Below, one piece after another: positions 1-12,680 of a stretch of DNA of 64,000 bases. The position numbers and the translations under genes were made by a program. Under the pieces are notes generated by a model. It made no database searches and had not been told where the DNA came from. It saw only the letters and a program-made list of their open reading frames with translations. This stretch comes from the human T2T-CHM13v2.0 reference genome, Homo sapiens, in NCBI RefSeq assembly GCF_009914755.1, contig NC_060926.1. One strand, 5' to 3'. Each line of letters opens with the position of its first letter. Within the stretch, counting starts at the first letter, position 1.

Positions 1-445
1 CCTCAGCAAATTCGGCGTACAAGGGACATACCTCAATGTAATAAAAGCCATCTATGACAAACCCACAGCCGACATAATACTGAATGGGGAAATGTTGAAA
101 GAATTTCCTCTAAGAACTGGAACAAGAAAAGGATGCCCACTCTTACCACTTCTACTCAATATAGTACTGGAAGTCCTAGCCAGAGCAATCAGACAAGGGG
201 AAGAAATAAAGGGAATCCAAATTGTTAAAGAGGAAGTTAAACTGTCGCTGTTTGCTGATGATATGATCGTTTACCTAGAAAACCCTAAAGACTCCTCCAA
301 AAAGCTCCTAGAATTGATAAATGAATTCAGCAAAGTTTCAGGATACAAAATTTACTGTACACAAATCAGTAGCTCTGCTGTACACCAACAGCAACCAAGC
401 TGAGAATCAAATCAATAACAACACCTTTTACATTAGCTACAAAAA
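1..445 (+). mobile_element. LINE-1 ORF2 (reverse transcriptase region) fragment, L1PB-like; runs off the left edge
   Basis: ORF 92..403 reads [31 protein letters not shown]...[15 protein letters not shown], i.e. L1 ORF2 RT with the FADD motif. Frameshifted near 350 and ends abruptly near 445. Confidence 0.95.
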
Positions 446-469
446 TATATGTATTTTTTAATTCTAATT

Positions 470-960
470 TTAGCCAAGTAATTTCCAGATTGTACAATTT
501 TGCATTAGAACCAGTAGTGTACCAGAGTTTCACATCTCTGCTATTATTTGCTATTGTCAAGCTACTAAATTTTAACCCTTCAACAGGGCATGAATAGCAG
601 TATCTCATTGTTCTTTCAATTGCTTGTTCCTTCAATTTGTATCTTGTTTTTTGATGAATATGGGTAGTGAGATCCTTTGCATTTGGTTTTCAGTAAGTCT
701 AAAGTCTTCTTTTGTGAGGTGCTCATTAAAACATTTGACTCATCTTCAACTGCTTTTTTATTCTTATTGTTGACTTGTAAGCATTTTTTACATATTCTAG
801 ATAGTTCTTTGACACTACGTTTGCAGGTAGTTTCTATTAACTGCCTTTTATTTTCACAACACTGTCTTTTAAAGAACAGCTATATTTAATGTCAATAAAG
901 TGAATTTATCATATTTCCATGATGCCTATGGTTTTGGTGTTCTAAGAAATCTTTGCCTGT
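470..960 (-). mobile_element. Old L1M fragment (ORF2 3' region)
   Basis: Degenerate antisense L1 motifs: ttccagattgtacaattttgcatt, tatctcattgttctttcaattgc, catattctagatagt, ttctaagaaatctttgcct. Confidence 0.65.
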
Positions 961-1166
961 GAAAATATTCTCCACCCCTGCACACACTCTGCTGAAGGCA
1001 AAGATATTTATACATTTGTATTTTGCTTGGATTTTACTCCTACTCACTCTCTGATCAGTATCCATGTTGTTATAATCTGGAATAATATTTCAAATTGCTG
1101 TTAAGGTAATTATTTAATAGTATCAATATTTATTTATATCTAACATGTTTAATTGATATGTGTGTT

Positions 1167-1205
1167 GTCTACAGCCATACCACCTGAACATACCAGATCT
1201 CTTCT
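1167..1205 (+). pseudogene. 5S rRNA 5' fragment, tailless retropseudogene
   Basis: gtctacagccataccacctgaacataccagatctcttct matches the 5' end of 5S rRNA (GTCTACGGCCATACCACCCTGAACGCGCCCGATCTCGTCT). Flanked by a 15-bp direct repeat aattgatatgtgtgt (1151-1165) / aactgatatgtgtgc (1206-1220). Confidence 0.9.
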
Positions 1206-1219
1206 AACTGATATGTGTG

Positions 1220-2450
1220 CTCTTTACTGCTTCTTGAAACACCCATTTTATTCTGAATCCACTTTTCTTTTTTTGCTGAAGTACATTCTCTATTAATGTG
1301 TTTAACAGGTGAACTTTCCGAGTTCTTGCATGACTAGAGAACCCTGGTCCTTGCATGGTGATAAAGATAGAAAACCATTCCTGATTTAAAGTAACTTTCT
1401 CTTTTCCTAGAAATTTGAAGCAAGCCTTATTCTCATTTTGTTGAATATAAATGATAAGTGTGAAAAAATGATGTGTTCGATTCTTAGTGAAGTATTTTAA
1501 AATAACAGTTCTACTAAGTTTTGGAGAAAGTCTCAGGCACTCTTCTTTATTTTCTTTTCCCTTTTGTTCTTTTAACTCAATGATTTTGGATCTACTTTTA
1601 GATGCATATTGGAAAGTCTTAATATATCCTCCATGACTGTTCATTTGTATTTCATATTTTATATCTCTTCACTTTTTTTAATTTTGTACAGGAAGATTTT
1701 CTTAGCTCCTTATCAATATCCATTCTGTTATTTGGACATTATATTAAGTTAAATTTGTTATTTGAATAGGTATATTTTATTTCCAAAATTTTGAATGTTT
1801 TTAAATAATTGCTTTTTATTTTATGTATGTGTCATTTCACTATTAAATGATCTTTTTCAGTTGGCTCTATTATTTGTGTTTCCTTGGCTGCTACTTTCAC
1901 TTACTATCAAGCAGTATTCAACATTAGATATTTGGTGATAGGTACTTATTATCTACCACATGAGAATTCTGTGCTTCATGTGGGCTGCACAAACTCTGCA
2001 GAAGATGGTGTATTGGGGCCCTCTGTAGCTGTGGGAGGCTGGTTGCCTTCTCTTAGTAGCTGAGACCGCGGTGGTTTGTTTGTTTTTGTGAGGTTTTTTT
2101 CCCCCATGGGTTGGCTATGGACACTTGCTAATACTGTGTGCATTATAGCCCCAAGAGAGTTCAGCCACTGAGGCTGTCAGGCACCACATTTCTCCATCTT
2201 CCTAGTGAAGTAGCCAACGGTGCTCTGAGAAAGGCCTCCAATCTGCCTTGGCTTTCTACTTTGGTTTTATTTTTGCTATTTTCTCTCAAACAATGCATCA
2301 GGGAATCAGTCCACAGATAATGCCCATTATTGGTTTTCAAAATGTATTAATTTCTTTCTTTCATTTTCTTTTCTACAGTATTGGAGTTGTTGTGCCTTGA
2401 AGCTAGAAACTGCCTTGAATTTCTACATAGGGAAATGTAATCTATTGCTT
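1220..2450 (-). mobile_element. Highly decayed L1M-type 5'/ORF1 region
   Basis: T-rich strand bias with antisense L1M-like phrases (ttttcctagaaatttgaag, ccattctgttattt). No diagnostic peptide recovered. Confidence 0.4.
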
Positions 2451-2604
2451 TCTTACAGGTAAACGTTTATCATGCAAATATTGCTCTCTCCTTGGCGATA
2501 CCTTGTTGGTAGAAGTAGAATTTAAAATATATTGTAAGTATTTTTATATGTATGTTTCCAGAATAGACGATGAACACTTTGAGGTCAAGGACTATATGTT
2601 AGAA

Positions 2605-2900
2605 ACTGTTAGTAGGCTACTTAATATCAATTCTCACCTTTTTATTTACTAATGAAGCTACACTTTATTTGGGGGAGCCAGGTGCCAGGTGAAAATATAT
2701 TCTCTGCTTCCTTTGCAGCTAAAAGTAGACATTTGACACAGTTTTGGACACTAAGATATAAACAACTCACTGGGTATGGTTTCTGGGAAGGTTCTTTATT
2801 GGAGGATGACCCAGCTGGCATGTGTATCGTTCTGCTCTTTGTCCTGCTCCTTCTTCCTGCCTGGAATGTGGACATATCTATAGCTATAGCATCACTGCTG
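2605..2900. mobile_element. Ancient ERVL-class LTR fragment (LTR16/LTR33-like)
   Basis: cttcctttgcagcta...catttgacacagttttggacactaagatataa...ttctgggaagg...cttcctgcctggaatgtggac resembles LTR16/LTR33 family motifs. Confidence 0.55.
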
Positions 2901-3389
2901 CCTTCATATCTGATACGAGACAGAGTTTATCATTCCTACAGATATGAAAGAAAATCACCATCCTATAATATAATTGTGCCAACCAAAGTCATATGCCCAT
3001 ATCTGAAACAAGATAAGATGTCTATGTATCATTATAAGATGATTTATATAAACCTAAGTTCCTGGAACGATAATTCTCTAGGGAAATACAACTCTTCTAA
3101 TTGGCTTACCCTAAGCAACACATGTTCCTGGATCTGAAACCATTATCTTCCCAACTACATGGCTGCTATCTGATGAGGAAGCAGTAAACAAATATTATTA
3201 ATAAGAAGTTATCCACAATATGGACTCTATGTTTCATATTGTCAGTTATTCAACATACATTTATCCCTTCTTTTACTTACACATTAAAAATTTTCATGCC
3301 TGCATAAAATGAATTTACTCCATAGGAAGATAATCTAAAGCTTCCCTTCATCTAACATAGTTCACGTAATCTCTTAAGAATATTCTTAA

Positions 3390-3650
3390 GCATGACTTTT
3401 CCCACAGTGTTTTCCCTGGGATCCTCTTCCCCACACCAGATTATCTGTCTTCCTCTGTGCTTTTAACTCACCTTTTGGTACCATTATCATTTCACTTGTC
3501 TCACAGATGGAACTCTTATATTATTTGTCTGATTACTCTAACTAAAAGACCATCTTATTGTTGCTACACCATGTTCTATTTATCTTTATATACTTAGTTA
3601 TTAATTCAATATTTAGATATTCAATAATTATTTGTTGATTCATGAATGAC
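3390..3650 (+). mobile_element. L2 3' end fragment
   Basis: Ends in attcaataattatttgttgattcatgaatga, the typical L2 3' tail. Confidence 0.6.
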
Positions 3651-6600
3651 TCTATCAAGTATATATTAGTTCATGCTTTCTATGAGCCTATGCATTATTG
3701 GAACATCAGGAAAGGGAACAGGGACTAGATATAGCTACTGAAATTAAAGTTTTTAAAAATTTTCCATTATTCTAACATTTAGTAATTAAAGTGTCATTGT
3801 AAATATGCTAATTGCTCTAAGCTTAGAATGGCCATACAATAACAAAAGACATTTAAAATATAACTCTCTTCTGAAAAACAATAATTGACTACTTTTAGGT
3901 TAAAACAAAATCCAAGTCTTAAAATAACTAATTGCTTAACTTTTCATGTGCACCTCTCTCTCAGTTTCACACACAAGATGCACATACACATTGAAATGTC
4001 AGCCTTTATGTCCTTAGAATGTTCAGTTAGGTTGTGATGATGCTACACAAATATAAGATATCCTAGCAGCATAGGACGCCTAATTGTATTTATTTAAGTG
4101 CTTTAAATTCTACCATTTCTCTTCTTAAAGAATAGTTTCTATAATTATTTTATTAAAAAAGAACAATAGTAATTATGCCATGGCAATATATTATTCCTAG
4201 AATTTTCTAATAAAAAAGGACAAACACTCAAAAATCAAAATCTTATTTTTCTGGAAAGAAAAGCACTTTCTAATTAGAAATCATTAATTTAAATGAATGT
4301 GCAAATAATAAGTTTATAAATGTAGCATAATGAACTAACTTCTATTTAGGAGAAAAAAGCAAACATAGTTACAGACATGGCACACACCCAGCTGATTTTT
4401 AAACAGCAAACAATAGCCACAAATATACATTTTTAAATTCTGTCTATACGTCTCTCCGTATGGCTCTAAATAATGTCCAGGTTAAATGAAAATGTTCCCA
4501 ATTGAAGTGTACCATTATCCATTCTATCCTTTATCAGCTTCACATGTACAGTTCTAAGGTAAACATGCATTGTATACTTGGAAATTTTGATTTCAAACCT
4601 TGACAGCACATTTCCAAAGGTATAACATCTTAATCAAATTTAAAAATAAAACATCCCAGTGTTGAGCTTGGTTGTAAACCTAAAATTATATAACATACAT
4701 GTTTTTATGCTTTGTCAATTACATTTGAAATAGGGGACTGTTTGTTTCAGCCCTTCTAAAAATGAGACGAGGATGAGAAAACAACCTATTTCCTTATTAG
4801 GTTCAGGAGTCAAAGGACTCAGCCAGGAGCCGCAGGCTTCAAGAGCATAGAAGATTAAGACATATATTGGATTCATGATGGAGGGCAGAAAGTTCATTTT
4901 CAAAATAAAACAGAATTTTATTCATATTCCTTTTAAAATTCAGATTGCCATTTGCCAGCTGACCTGTGACACAGCAGCAGTGTATTACATTTTCAATGAG
5001 CAGTCTGTCTGGAGCTGCTAGTGGGAGAAACTGCTTCCTGGTTTCTAGGTTTGTATTTGTTTTTTAAGTAAGATATTTTTGTCAGAATTTTAGTGGGTGC
5101 AAACAGGGGCAAGGTAACATATTTATTTTTAATAAGGAGGAGATGTAAAATAGTATAGTCATCAGCATTATGCATGGAATAATCCTGTAAAAAAATCACA
5201 ATTCAGGTAAAATGCATACATGGGACTGTCAAAAATGAGGATGCCGGCATCTCAATGAGAAATAAGGGCAGGCCAAAAAATGAATCTTTATTTAAAAAAT
5301 AAATACATGTGAATGCTTTTTAAAACAAGTTTTGGTAGAGTGCAAGTCAAGCCAAGGTTTTCTATAGTCAGGGACTAGATTTATCCAGCTCACCATCTGT
5401 CAAAATTATATTATAGACGACACATATGCATAGATACAAGACCACTGATTTTCATATATATTAAAACCTGAAACTACTGCACGATATGAAAACCTACAAA
5501 TTGTTAAGCCCAAAGGCTTACATCTAGAACTTTTTTCCTCCACATTGTTTTATTTTTGTTCTCTTCCTGACCTGCATTTAGGAAAAATGGACACATAGTC
5601 AATGAAAATATACAAAAATTAAACTTCATTTAGGAAAAATCAAAACAGAAACTTTTAGATAACATAAAAATAAGAGAAGAGATGTACACTTCCCTAATTT
5701 TTGGGCCTGATCTTGTGGGTGAATATATCCAGTACATATCTCATGATGCAGGAAAGTGAGTTTCAGATGAGGGTCAAGACAATTTTTAATATAAAACAAA
5801 CAGAAGTTATGCTTGTGAAAATAGAGAGCAAGCAATAATGATGACACATATGACTAGTTGAGTTGACTTGAACCAAGACAATGCTGTTCATATTTCACCT
5901 CTGAGAAGAGCTTTGTGATAAGAGTTACTTGTGTGCTATTTTGTTAACTTCTCACATGAGAAACAAAGGGAGACAAGCATAGCAGTTTTGCCATTTGGTA
6001 CCATATCTTTAAAGTGGAAAGAGGAAATTATAAAAAAGGAAACCCCTAGCCTCATATTTTGTTTGAATAAATAGTATTTTTATCACATATTATAAGAATA
6101 ACAAATTTTTCAGTTAGAAAATACTGGCTTTAATCTATTTGCTTCATTTAAATAAATGATCGGTCATAAGTACAGCTCTTAGAGCTTTCTTCTGTCACTA
6201 TAGATGAAATTGTGAAATTGTGTTCTGCCCTGAGATTTTAAAAAAATTGTCATTGAATGATATAATTATATCATCTTATCAATAATAACACAAACTTCTC
6301 ATATTATAAAATTATTTTAATGCTTACTTTTTATTAAATAAATGTTTTCAGGTAAAACCCTGAGAATTTATTTTTTTAATGACAACAGAAGTAAATTGAA
6401 TGACAATTGATTTCACTTTAAGACCAGCTGTCTTAAATGCCAAGTATTTCTATTATAATTTAGAATTTATGATAAAAAAGGAAGAGAAAACTGAATAGCC
6501 TACTTAAACGCTTCCCAAATGTATTTGCATGTTTATCACTGCAGTTTAGTTTCTGTAAAATCTCTGAATTATGATCCATAAAGTATCAAAGGCCATGCAA

Positions 6601-6849
6601 CTTCTTAAAGATAATCTGCAAATAAAATTTCATTTTTGTGTTTTTTCACATTTAAATTAGATAAACATAGTTTCTTTTCATGAAATGCTAAAATACTATT
6701 GATTTTAAACATTTAGGTTTTTTGGTATGGTTTTGTAGCCAATGGGGAAACTGAAGACATTAGTTTGTTATAAGCTTTGTTACATTTTAATTACTAAAAT
6801 ACAGTTTCTGTATTATTTGAAACAAAAGAAAAATCTTTTGACTCCCCTG

Positions 6850-6950
6850 AAAGAGAAAGACAAAAAAGAAGGAAAGAAGGGAGGAGGGAAGGAGAGAGGT
6901 AGGGAGAGACAGAACAAGGGAGGGAAGGAGAATAAAAAAAGAAAAAAAAA
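6850..6950. repeat. GA-rich low-complexity tract
   Basis: Purine run gaaggaaagaagggaggagggaaggagagagg... Confidence 0.85.
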
Positions 6951-9622
6951 TAGATTCCTTAAACAAATAAACAAATTTTAAATGCAATAGAAGTACTTTG
7001 GGATAATTTGATTCGCATGTGCCATATGTCAAATCATACACTCCCCTTCCCCCAAACACATATCCCAAACACTACCCAAAGCCTGCAAATCCTGATATTC
7101 TGGCTTTGTCTATGCCAAAATATTAGTCCAGTCTGCCTAAACTTAGTGCTATAGAAGAGATTGTATTACATAGCATAAAAATGACTGTCAAAGTTGGTGA
7201 AATTAGTGTCTTTTGAGCTATAATATGTTTGGCATATGTCACTGGAAATGTTTTCCAGTAGCTCACACAAGCACCAAACACAATTTTGAGTTTCTTTCTA
7301 TTGAGTTTGCAATAAATTAATTTATTTTAATTTTTTTAAAAAGTTGCAAGCCAGAGACTTAGCCAATTGAAAAACAAAACAAAACAAAAAACCCCTCAAA
7401 AACCCAGGCACCAAATTTAGCAATACAATAAGATTGAGATTGCTCCTTCACAGAGCTAATTCTCCCAGAATCCACTGTTCGTCTCATCACTCCTTATAAA
7501 ATACAGAATCCTTAATTGGTCTGTGCTTCTCCAACATGTTTTTAATGAAAACGCAGCACATAACTCTTAGTTTGTTGGCTGCCAGAGCCCAATTTACAAA
7601 AGTGGGAGTGCGAGATAAGAAAAGAGTACATCTGCAGAGCAGGCTGCGCAATGAATCACACGGTGCCAGAGTTGAGTAGAATATAATTGAGTCCAACATC
7701 TCTGAGCACTTTCACCATAATTAATGATAATCTGTAACAGAGGAATCTGAGATTCCAGTTCAGAGAACTGTTTAATTAGGCCAAGTAATGAAAGCAGAAG
7801 CAGTACAAGAATATGGCCTGTCTCATGATTAATGATTCATGCTACTGAACACAAAAGTGCCGCACCGTTAACTCTAACGGATGCTGCATCTCTCTGGCAT
7901 TTACAAAATAGTGAAATGCATGCATTTTTGTACTTTAAAGATGTAACTGGCAGTATCCTTTTCTGAGCTATTTACGTGATAAATATGGTTCCGAAGGTAA
8001 CTGTCTTCACAGGTTCTTTGCTCTGGGGTAGTTTAAGATAAATATGGTATCTGCCTCTACATCAGTATTAAGGTAAGTGCCATTCCAGTACAGGATCATT
8101 AACACTTTCACTTTCCAAGTCAGTAAAACATTATTTTCAGTCTTACTTTGGTTTTAAAAAGATGTATCTTTTATGGACGAAATCACCCATCTTAATATTT
8201 ATATAATATTCACTTAATAATACAATAAAGAAAAACTAGGTTAAGAATCAATCATAAGGTAAAGAAGATATAAAGCATGTTTGATAGTTATTATTTGGGG
8301 AGGTCAGCGTATAATACGTCCTCTCAGTGTAGAACAAGTTAACATTGAGATTGTCCTGCAAGTATGGGGGACAAGACAAAAGAAAGAATGGTTTGCCTGA
8401 GGCCTTAACTTACAAGCCTGTGAATTATATAGGTTTTATGCCACTCCTTGTTCTGCTTTTCAATAAAATAAAGAATAGTGCTTCTAAGAGGAATTGCAGA
8501 ATTGCACCTTACATATGCAAGGTCTGTAAGAAAACAACCGTCAGAACAAAGCATGCACATTCTACATATGACAAAATTGGGACTATTCAGATGCTTGCTG
8601 CAGAAACTTCTATGATTTGGCACCCATTGACATTCATAGTGATTCAGGAGGCAACTTCACCTGTTACATGTATTAGAAGTAAAGCTGTCTAAATGCTCCA
8701 CTATCCTTATCCTGCCTTCCAATACACATGGAAGTTAGTCAAACACAAAAATGCAACTCACATTTGACATTCGGATTATCTCCTGTTGGCGAGATAGAAT
8801 ATATGATCTCATAGAAAATGTAATACCAGGGTTGGGTTGTCAATAAGCTTGAATCCATGTAACCCCAGAACAATGGGCAGAGACACAAAACTTTAATTAT
8901 TACCTTCAAGTAGGCCAAAGGAAAATCCCCCACTTGTGTACATCTTTCACTCAATCTAAAGAGAGGTTTGATCTTCTAGGGATGTTTTGTAGAAAATTCG
9001 TGGTTACAACATAATGAAAATGTAATAGTTTTATAAGAAGGCATTAAAGGACCATACTTTACTCTAAAATTAAAATATGTAGAGAGATATATTTACCTAA
9101 ATCTTAATATACACACTTCAAAAATCAAATTTTGTTTTGTAGGAATACTCTTTTACAAGAATAGGTAAATTTCTTTTCTTACCTACGTAAATATTTAGGT
9201 GGGCTGTATTTATACATAGAATGATTGATTTGTATTATAACTATCGATAACATATGCATCATATAAAAGAAATAATTTTCTTTTAAAAATGAATATAGTT
9301 AATCACAGGCTTCAAAGGAATTCCTACATATTCTTTAGCTTGTTTGAATTTTGACATATTTTTACATAATTTTATATATTCAGATTATTTGCAAATCGCA
9401 TTGTTATTGACTACATGTCATGTTGTGGAAGATAGAAAGGGGAAAAATGGGCTTTATGATACGTGACATTTTCAAAGGAAGAAATCACATTAACAACTTT
9501 TTTATAATGCACAAAATTGGCCAACATTTTTAAAACAATTTCTGTGTGCCAGGCACTGGGCTACAAAATTTCATACATTCCTAATTTATTCTTTATAACA
9601 AAAAACCTAAAGAAATAGTCAC

Positions 9623-10005
9623 TATATTAGTCTGTTCTCACACTGCTTGAAGAAATATCTGAGGCTGGGTAATTTATCATGGAAAGAGGTTTAACTGACT
9701 CACAGTTCTGCAGGGCTGAGGAGGCCTCAGGAAACTCACAATCATGGTGGAAGGAGAAGCAAACACATCCTTCTTCACATGGTGACAGCAAGGAGAAGGG
9801 CAGAGTGAAGTGGGGTGGCGGGGGAAGCCCCTTATAAAACCATCAGATCTTGTGAGAACTCACTCACTATCATGATGAGAACAGCATGGAGGTAACCACC
9901 CCATGATTCAATTACCTCCCACCAGATCCCTCCCACAATAGGTGGAGATTATGGGAACTACAATTCAAGATGAGATTTGAGTGAGGACAAAGCCAAACAA
10001 TATTA
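9623..10005 (-). mobile_element. THE1 (THE1C/D-like) LTR, 3' LTR of the provirus
   Basis: tatattagtctgttctcacactgct...ggaggcctcaggaaactcacaatcatgg...gattcaattacctcccacc...caattcaagatgagatttg is the reverse complement of the THE1 LTR. Confidence 0.93.
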
Positions 10006-11845
10006 TTCCACCCCGGCCCCACCCAAATCTCATTTCCTCATATTTCAAAACACAACCATGCCCTTTGAACAGTCCCCCAAAGTCTTAACTCATTCCAGCA
10101 TTAACCCAAAATTCCAAGTCCAAAGTTTCATCTGAGACAACGTAAGTCCCTTCCATCTATGAGCCTGTAAATCAAAAGCAAGTTAGTTAATTCCTAGATA
10201 CAATGGGGATATAGGCATTGCATAAATACAGCTCTTCTAAATGGAAGAAATTGGCCAAAACAAAGGGGCTACAGGCCCCTTGCAAGTATAAGATCCAATA
10301 GGGCAGTCATCAAACCTTAAAGCTCCAAAATGATCTCCTTGGACTCTATGTCTCACATCCAGGTCACCATAGTCTTGGATAGCTCCAGCTCTGTGGCTTT
10401 GCAGGGTACAACCTCCCTCCTGGCTGTGTTCTTGGGCTGGCATTGAGTGCCTGTGTCTTTTCCAGGTGCATGATGCAAGCTGTCAATGGATCTACCATAC
10501 TGGGGTCTGGAGAACCGTAGCACTCTTCTCACAGCTCCCCCAGGAAGCACCCCAGTGGGGACTCTGTGTATGGCCTCAAACCACACATTTTCCTTCTGCA
10601 CTGCCCTAGCAGAGGTTCTCAATGAGGACCCTTCCCCTGCAGCAAACTCCTGCCTGGACACCCAGGCACTTCCATACATCCTCTGAAATCCAGGCAGAGG
10701 TTCCAAACCTCAATTCTTGACTTCTGTACACCTACAAACTCAACACCATGTGGAAGCTGCCAAGGCTTGGGGCTTGCACCCTCTGAAGTAATGGCCTGAA
10801 CTATATGTTGGGCCCTTTTAACCATGACTAGAGCAGCTGGGACAAAAGGCAGCAAGTCCTAGGCTGCACACAGTAGGGGGGGCCCTGGATCAGGCCCAGG
10901 AAACCATTTTTTCTTCCTAGGCCACTGGGCCTGTGCTGTGGGGTTGCTGTGAAGTTCTCTGACATGCCCTGGAGACATTTTCCCCATTGTCTTGGTGATT
11001 AACATTCAGCTCCTTGTTACTTATGGAAATTTCTGCAGCCAGCTTGAATTTCTCACAGAAAATAGTTTTTTGGTTTTTTTTTTCTATCACATTGCCAGGC
11101 TGCAAAGATTCCTACCTTTTATGCTCTGCTTCCTCTCGAATGCCTTTCTACTTAGAAATTTCTTCTGTTGGCCAGGCGCGGTGGCTCACGCCTGTAATCC
11201 CAGCACTTTGGGAAGCTGAGGTGGGTGGATCACGAGGTCAGGAGATCGAGAACATCCTGGCTAACACAGTGAAACCCTGTCTCTATTAAAAATACAAAAG
11301 AAATTGGCTGGGCGTGGTGGTGGGCGACTGTAGTCCCAGCTGCTCAGGAGGCTGAGGCAAGAGAATGGCATGAACCTGGGAGGCGGAGCTTGCAGTGAGC
11401 CAAGATTGCACCACTGCACTCCAGCCTGGGTGACAAAAACAGAAATTTCTTCCATCAGATACCCTTAATCATATCTCTCAAGTTCAAAGTCTGGGGCAGG
11501 GGCAAAATGCCACCAGTCTCTTTGCATAGCAAGAGCGATCCAGTTTCCAACAAGTTCCCCATCTCCATCTGACACCACCTCAGAATGGACTTCATTGTCC
11601 ATAACACTATCAGCATTTTGGTCAAAGCTATTCAACAAGTCTTTTAGAAGTTCCAAACCTTCTCATATCTTCCTGCTATCTGAGCCCTCCAAGACTCTAG
11701 AAAGTTCCAAACTTTCCCACATTTTCCTACGTTCTTCCAAGCCCTTCAAACTGTTCCAACCTCTGCCTGTTACCCAGTTCCACAGTTGCTTCTGCATTTT
11801 CAGGCATCTTTATAGCAACACCCACTCTCTGCAGTACCAATTTAC
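10006..11845 (-). mobile_element. THE1 internal region (ERVL-MaLR), interrupted by an AluY
   Basis: THE1-int motifs: cagtcccccaaagtcttaactcattccagc, gagcctgtaaatcaaaagcaagttag, agcagaggttctc, agttccaaactttcccaca, taccaatttac. Lies between two homologous LTRs. Confidence 0.93.
11170..11440 (+). mobile_element. AluY lacking its last ~17 nt and with almost no A tail
   Basis: AluY diagnostics ggagatcgag..catcctggctaacac and gagaatggc.tgaacc...ggagcttgcagtgag. TSD agaaatttcttc at 11154 and 11441. Confidence 0.95.
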
Positions 11846-12222
11846 TCTATTAGTCCATTCTCATGCTACTATGAATAAATAACCAAGACTGGGTAATTTA
11901 TGAAGGGAAGAGGTTTAATCGACTCACATTTCCTCAGGGCCAGAGAGACCTCAGGAAACTGACAGTCATGGTGGAAGGGGAAGCAAACACAACCTTCTTC
12001 ACATGGTGGCAGCAAGGAGAAGGGCAGAGCAAAGGGGAGGGAAAAACCCCTTATAAAACCATCAGATCTAATGAGAACTCACTCACTATCATGAGAATAG
12101 CATGGATAAAACCGCCCTCATGATTCAATTACCTCCCACCAGGTCCCTCCCACAATAGGTGGGGATTATGGGAACTATAATTCAAGATGAGATTTGGGAG
12201 GGGACACAGCCAAACTATATCA
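11846..12222 (-). mobile_element. THE1 LTR, 5' LTR of the provirus
   Basis: Direct repeat of 9623-10005; shares e.g. ccctcccacaataggtgg and cccttataaaaccatcagatct. Confidence 0.93.
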
Positions 12223-12339
12223 TTACTATAATTATTTAAACTTTATAGATGAGCAGATGCAAGCTAGTTCATCAGCGTAGAAAAACATTTTTAAAATAAT
12301 ATCAATGCAAGTTTACAGATATATTTCTTAAATATAAGA

Positions 12340-12680
12340 AGACCAGAAATGCCATTGTGGCTACAAAGTTTCATCAGGGACTCAGAATTCTATCCTTCTG
12401 CTCTGCCTTATGCAGCCCATCACCACATGGTCAAAGATGGCTGGTAGACTTCCAGGTATTACATTCATACTGTAAGCAGCAGGAAAAGTGAGGAAGAAAG
12501 AAGGATTTTGCCCCATTTTTCCAAGAAAATTTCCTATAATTTCCACACAACTTTCCTCAGTAAATCATATAGGGCATAATCTAGCCACATAGTCCATGTT
12601 ACAAAAATCTAGGCTAGTAATACAGATTTTAATCTTGGCTCTAAACTCAAATTTAGGTTTGCATCACTAAGGAAGATGGG
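12340..12680. mobile_element. Old MLT1-type LTR fragment
   Basis: atcaggggactcag...catggtcaaagatggctg...tccagg motifs typical of old MLT1 LTRs. Confidence 0.45.

Noticed and set aside
1204-1644. 146-aa minus-strand ORF
   Set aside because: K/E-rich reading of an A-rich decayed L1-like strand; no recognisable domain.
2652-3137. 161-aa plus-strand ORF with a hydrophobic stretch
   Set aside because: Overlaps an old LTR fragment; no homology I recognise and no splice context.
8564-8591. acatatgacaaaattgggactattcaga resembles part of U6 snRNA (22/28)
   Set aside because: Similarity does not extend to the U6 5' end or further 3', and there is no TSD. Compatible with chance in AT-rich DNA; an Rfam search would settle it.
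11636-11760. ~55-bp tandem duplication inside THE1-int (aagttccaaac...gagccctcc twice)
   Set aside because: I recall this duplication in many THE1 internal copies, so it is likely inherited from the family, not locus-specific.
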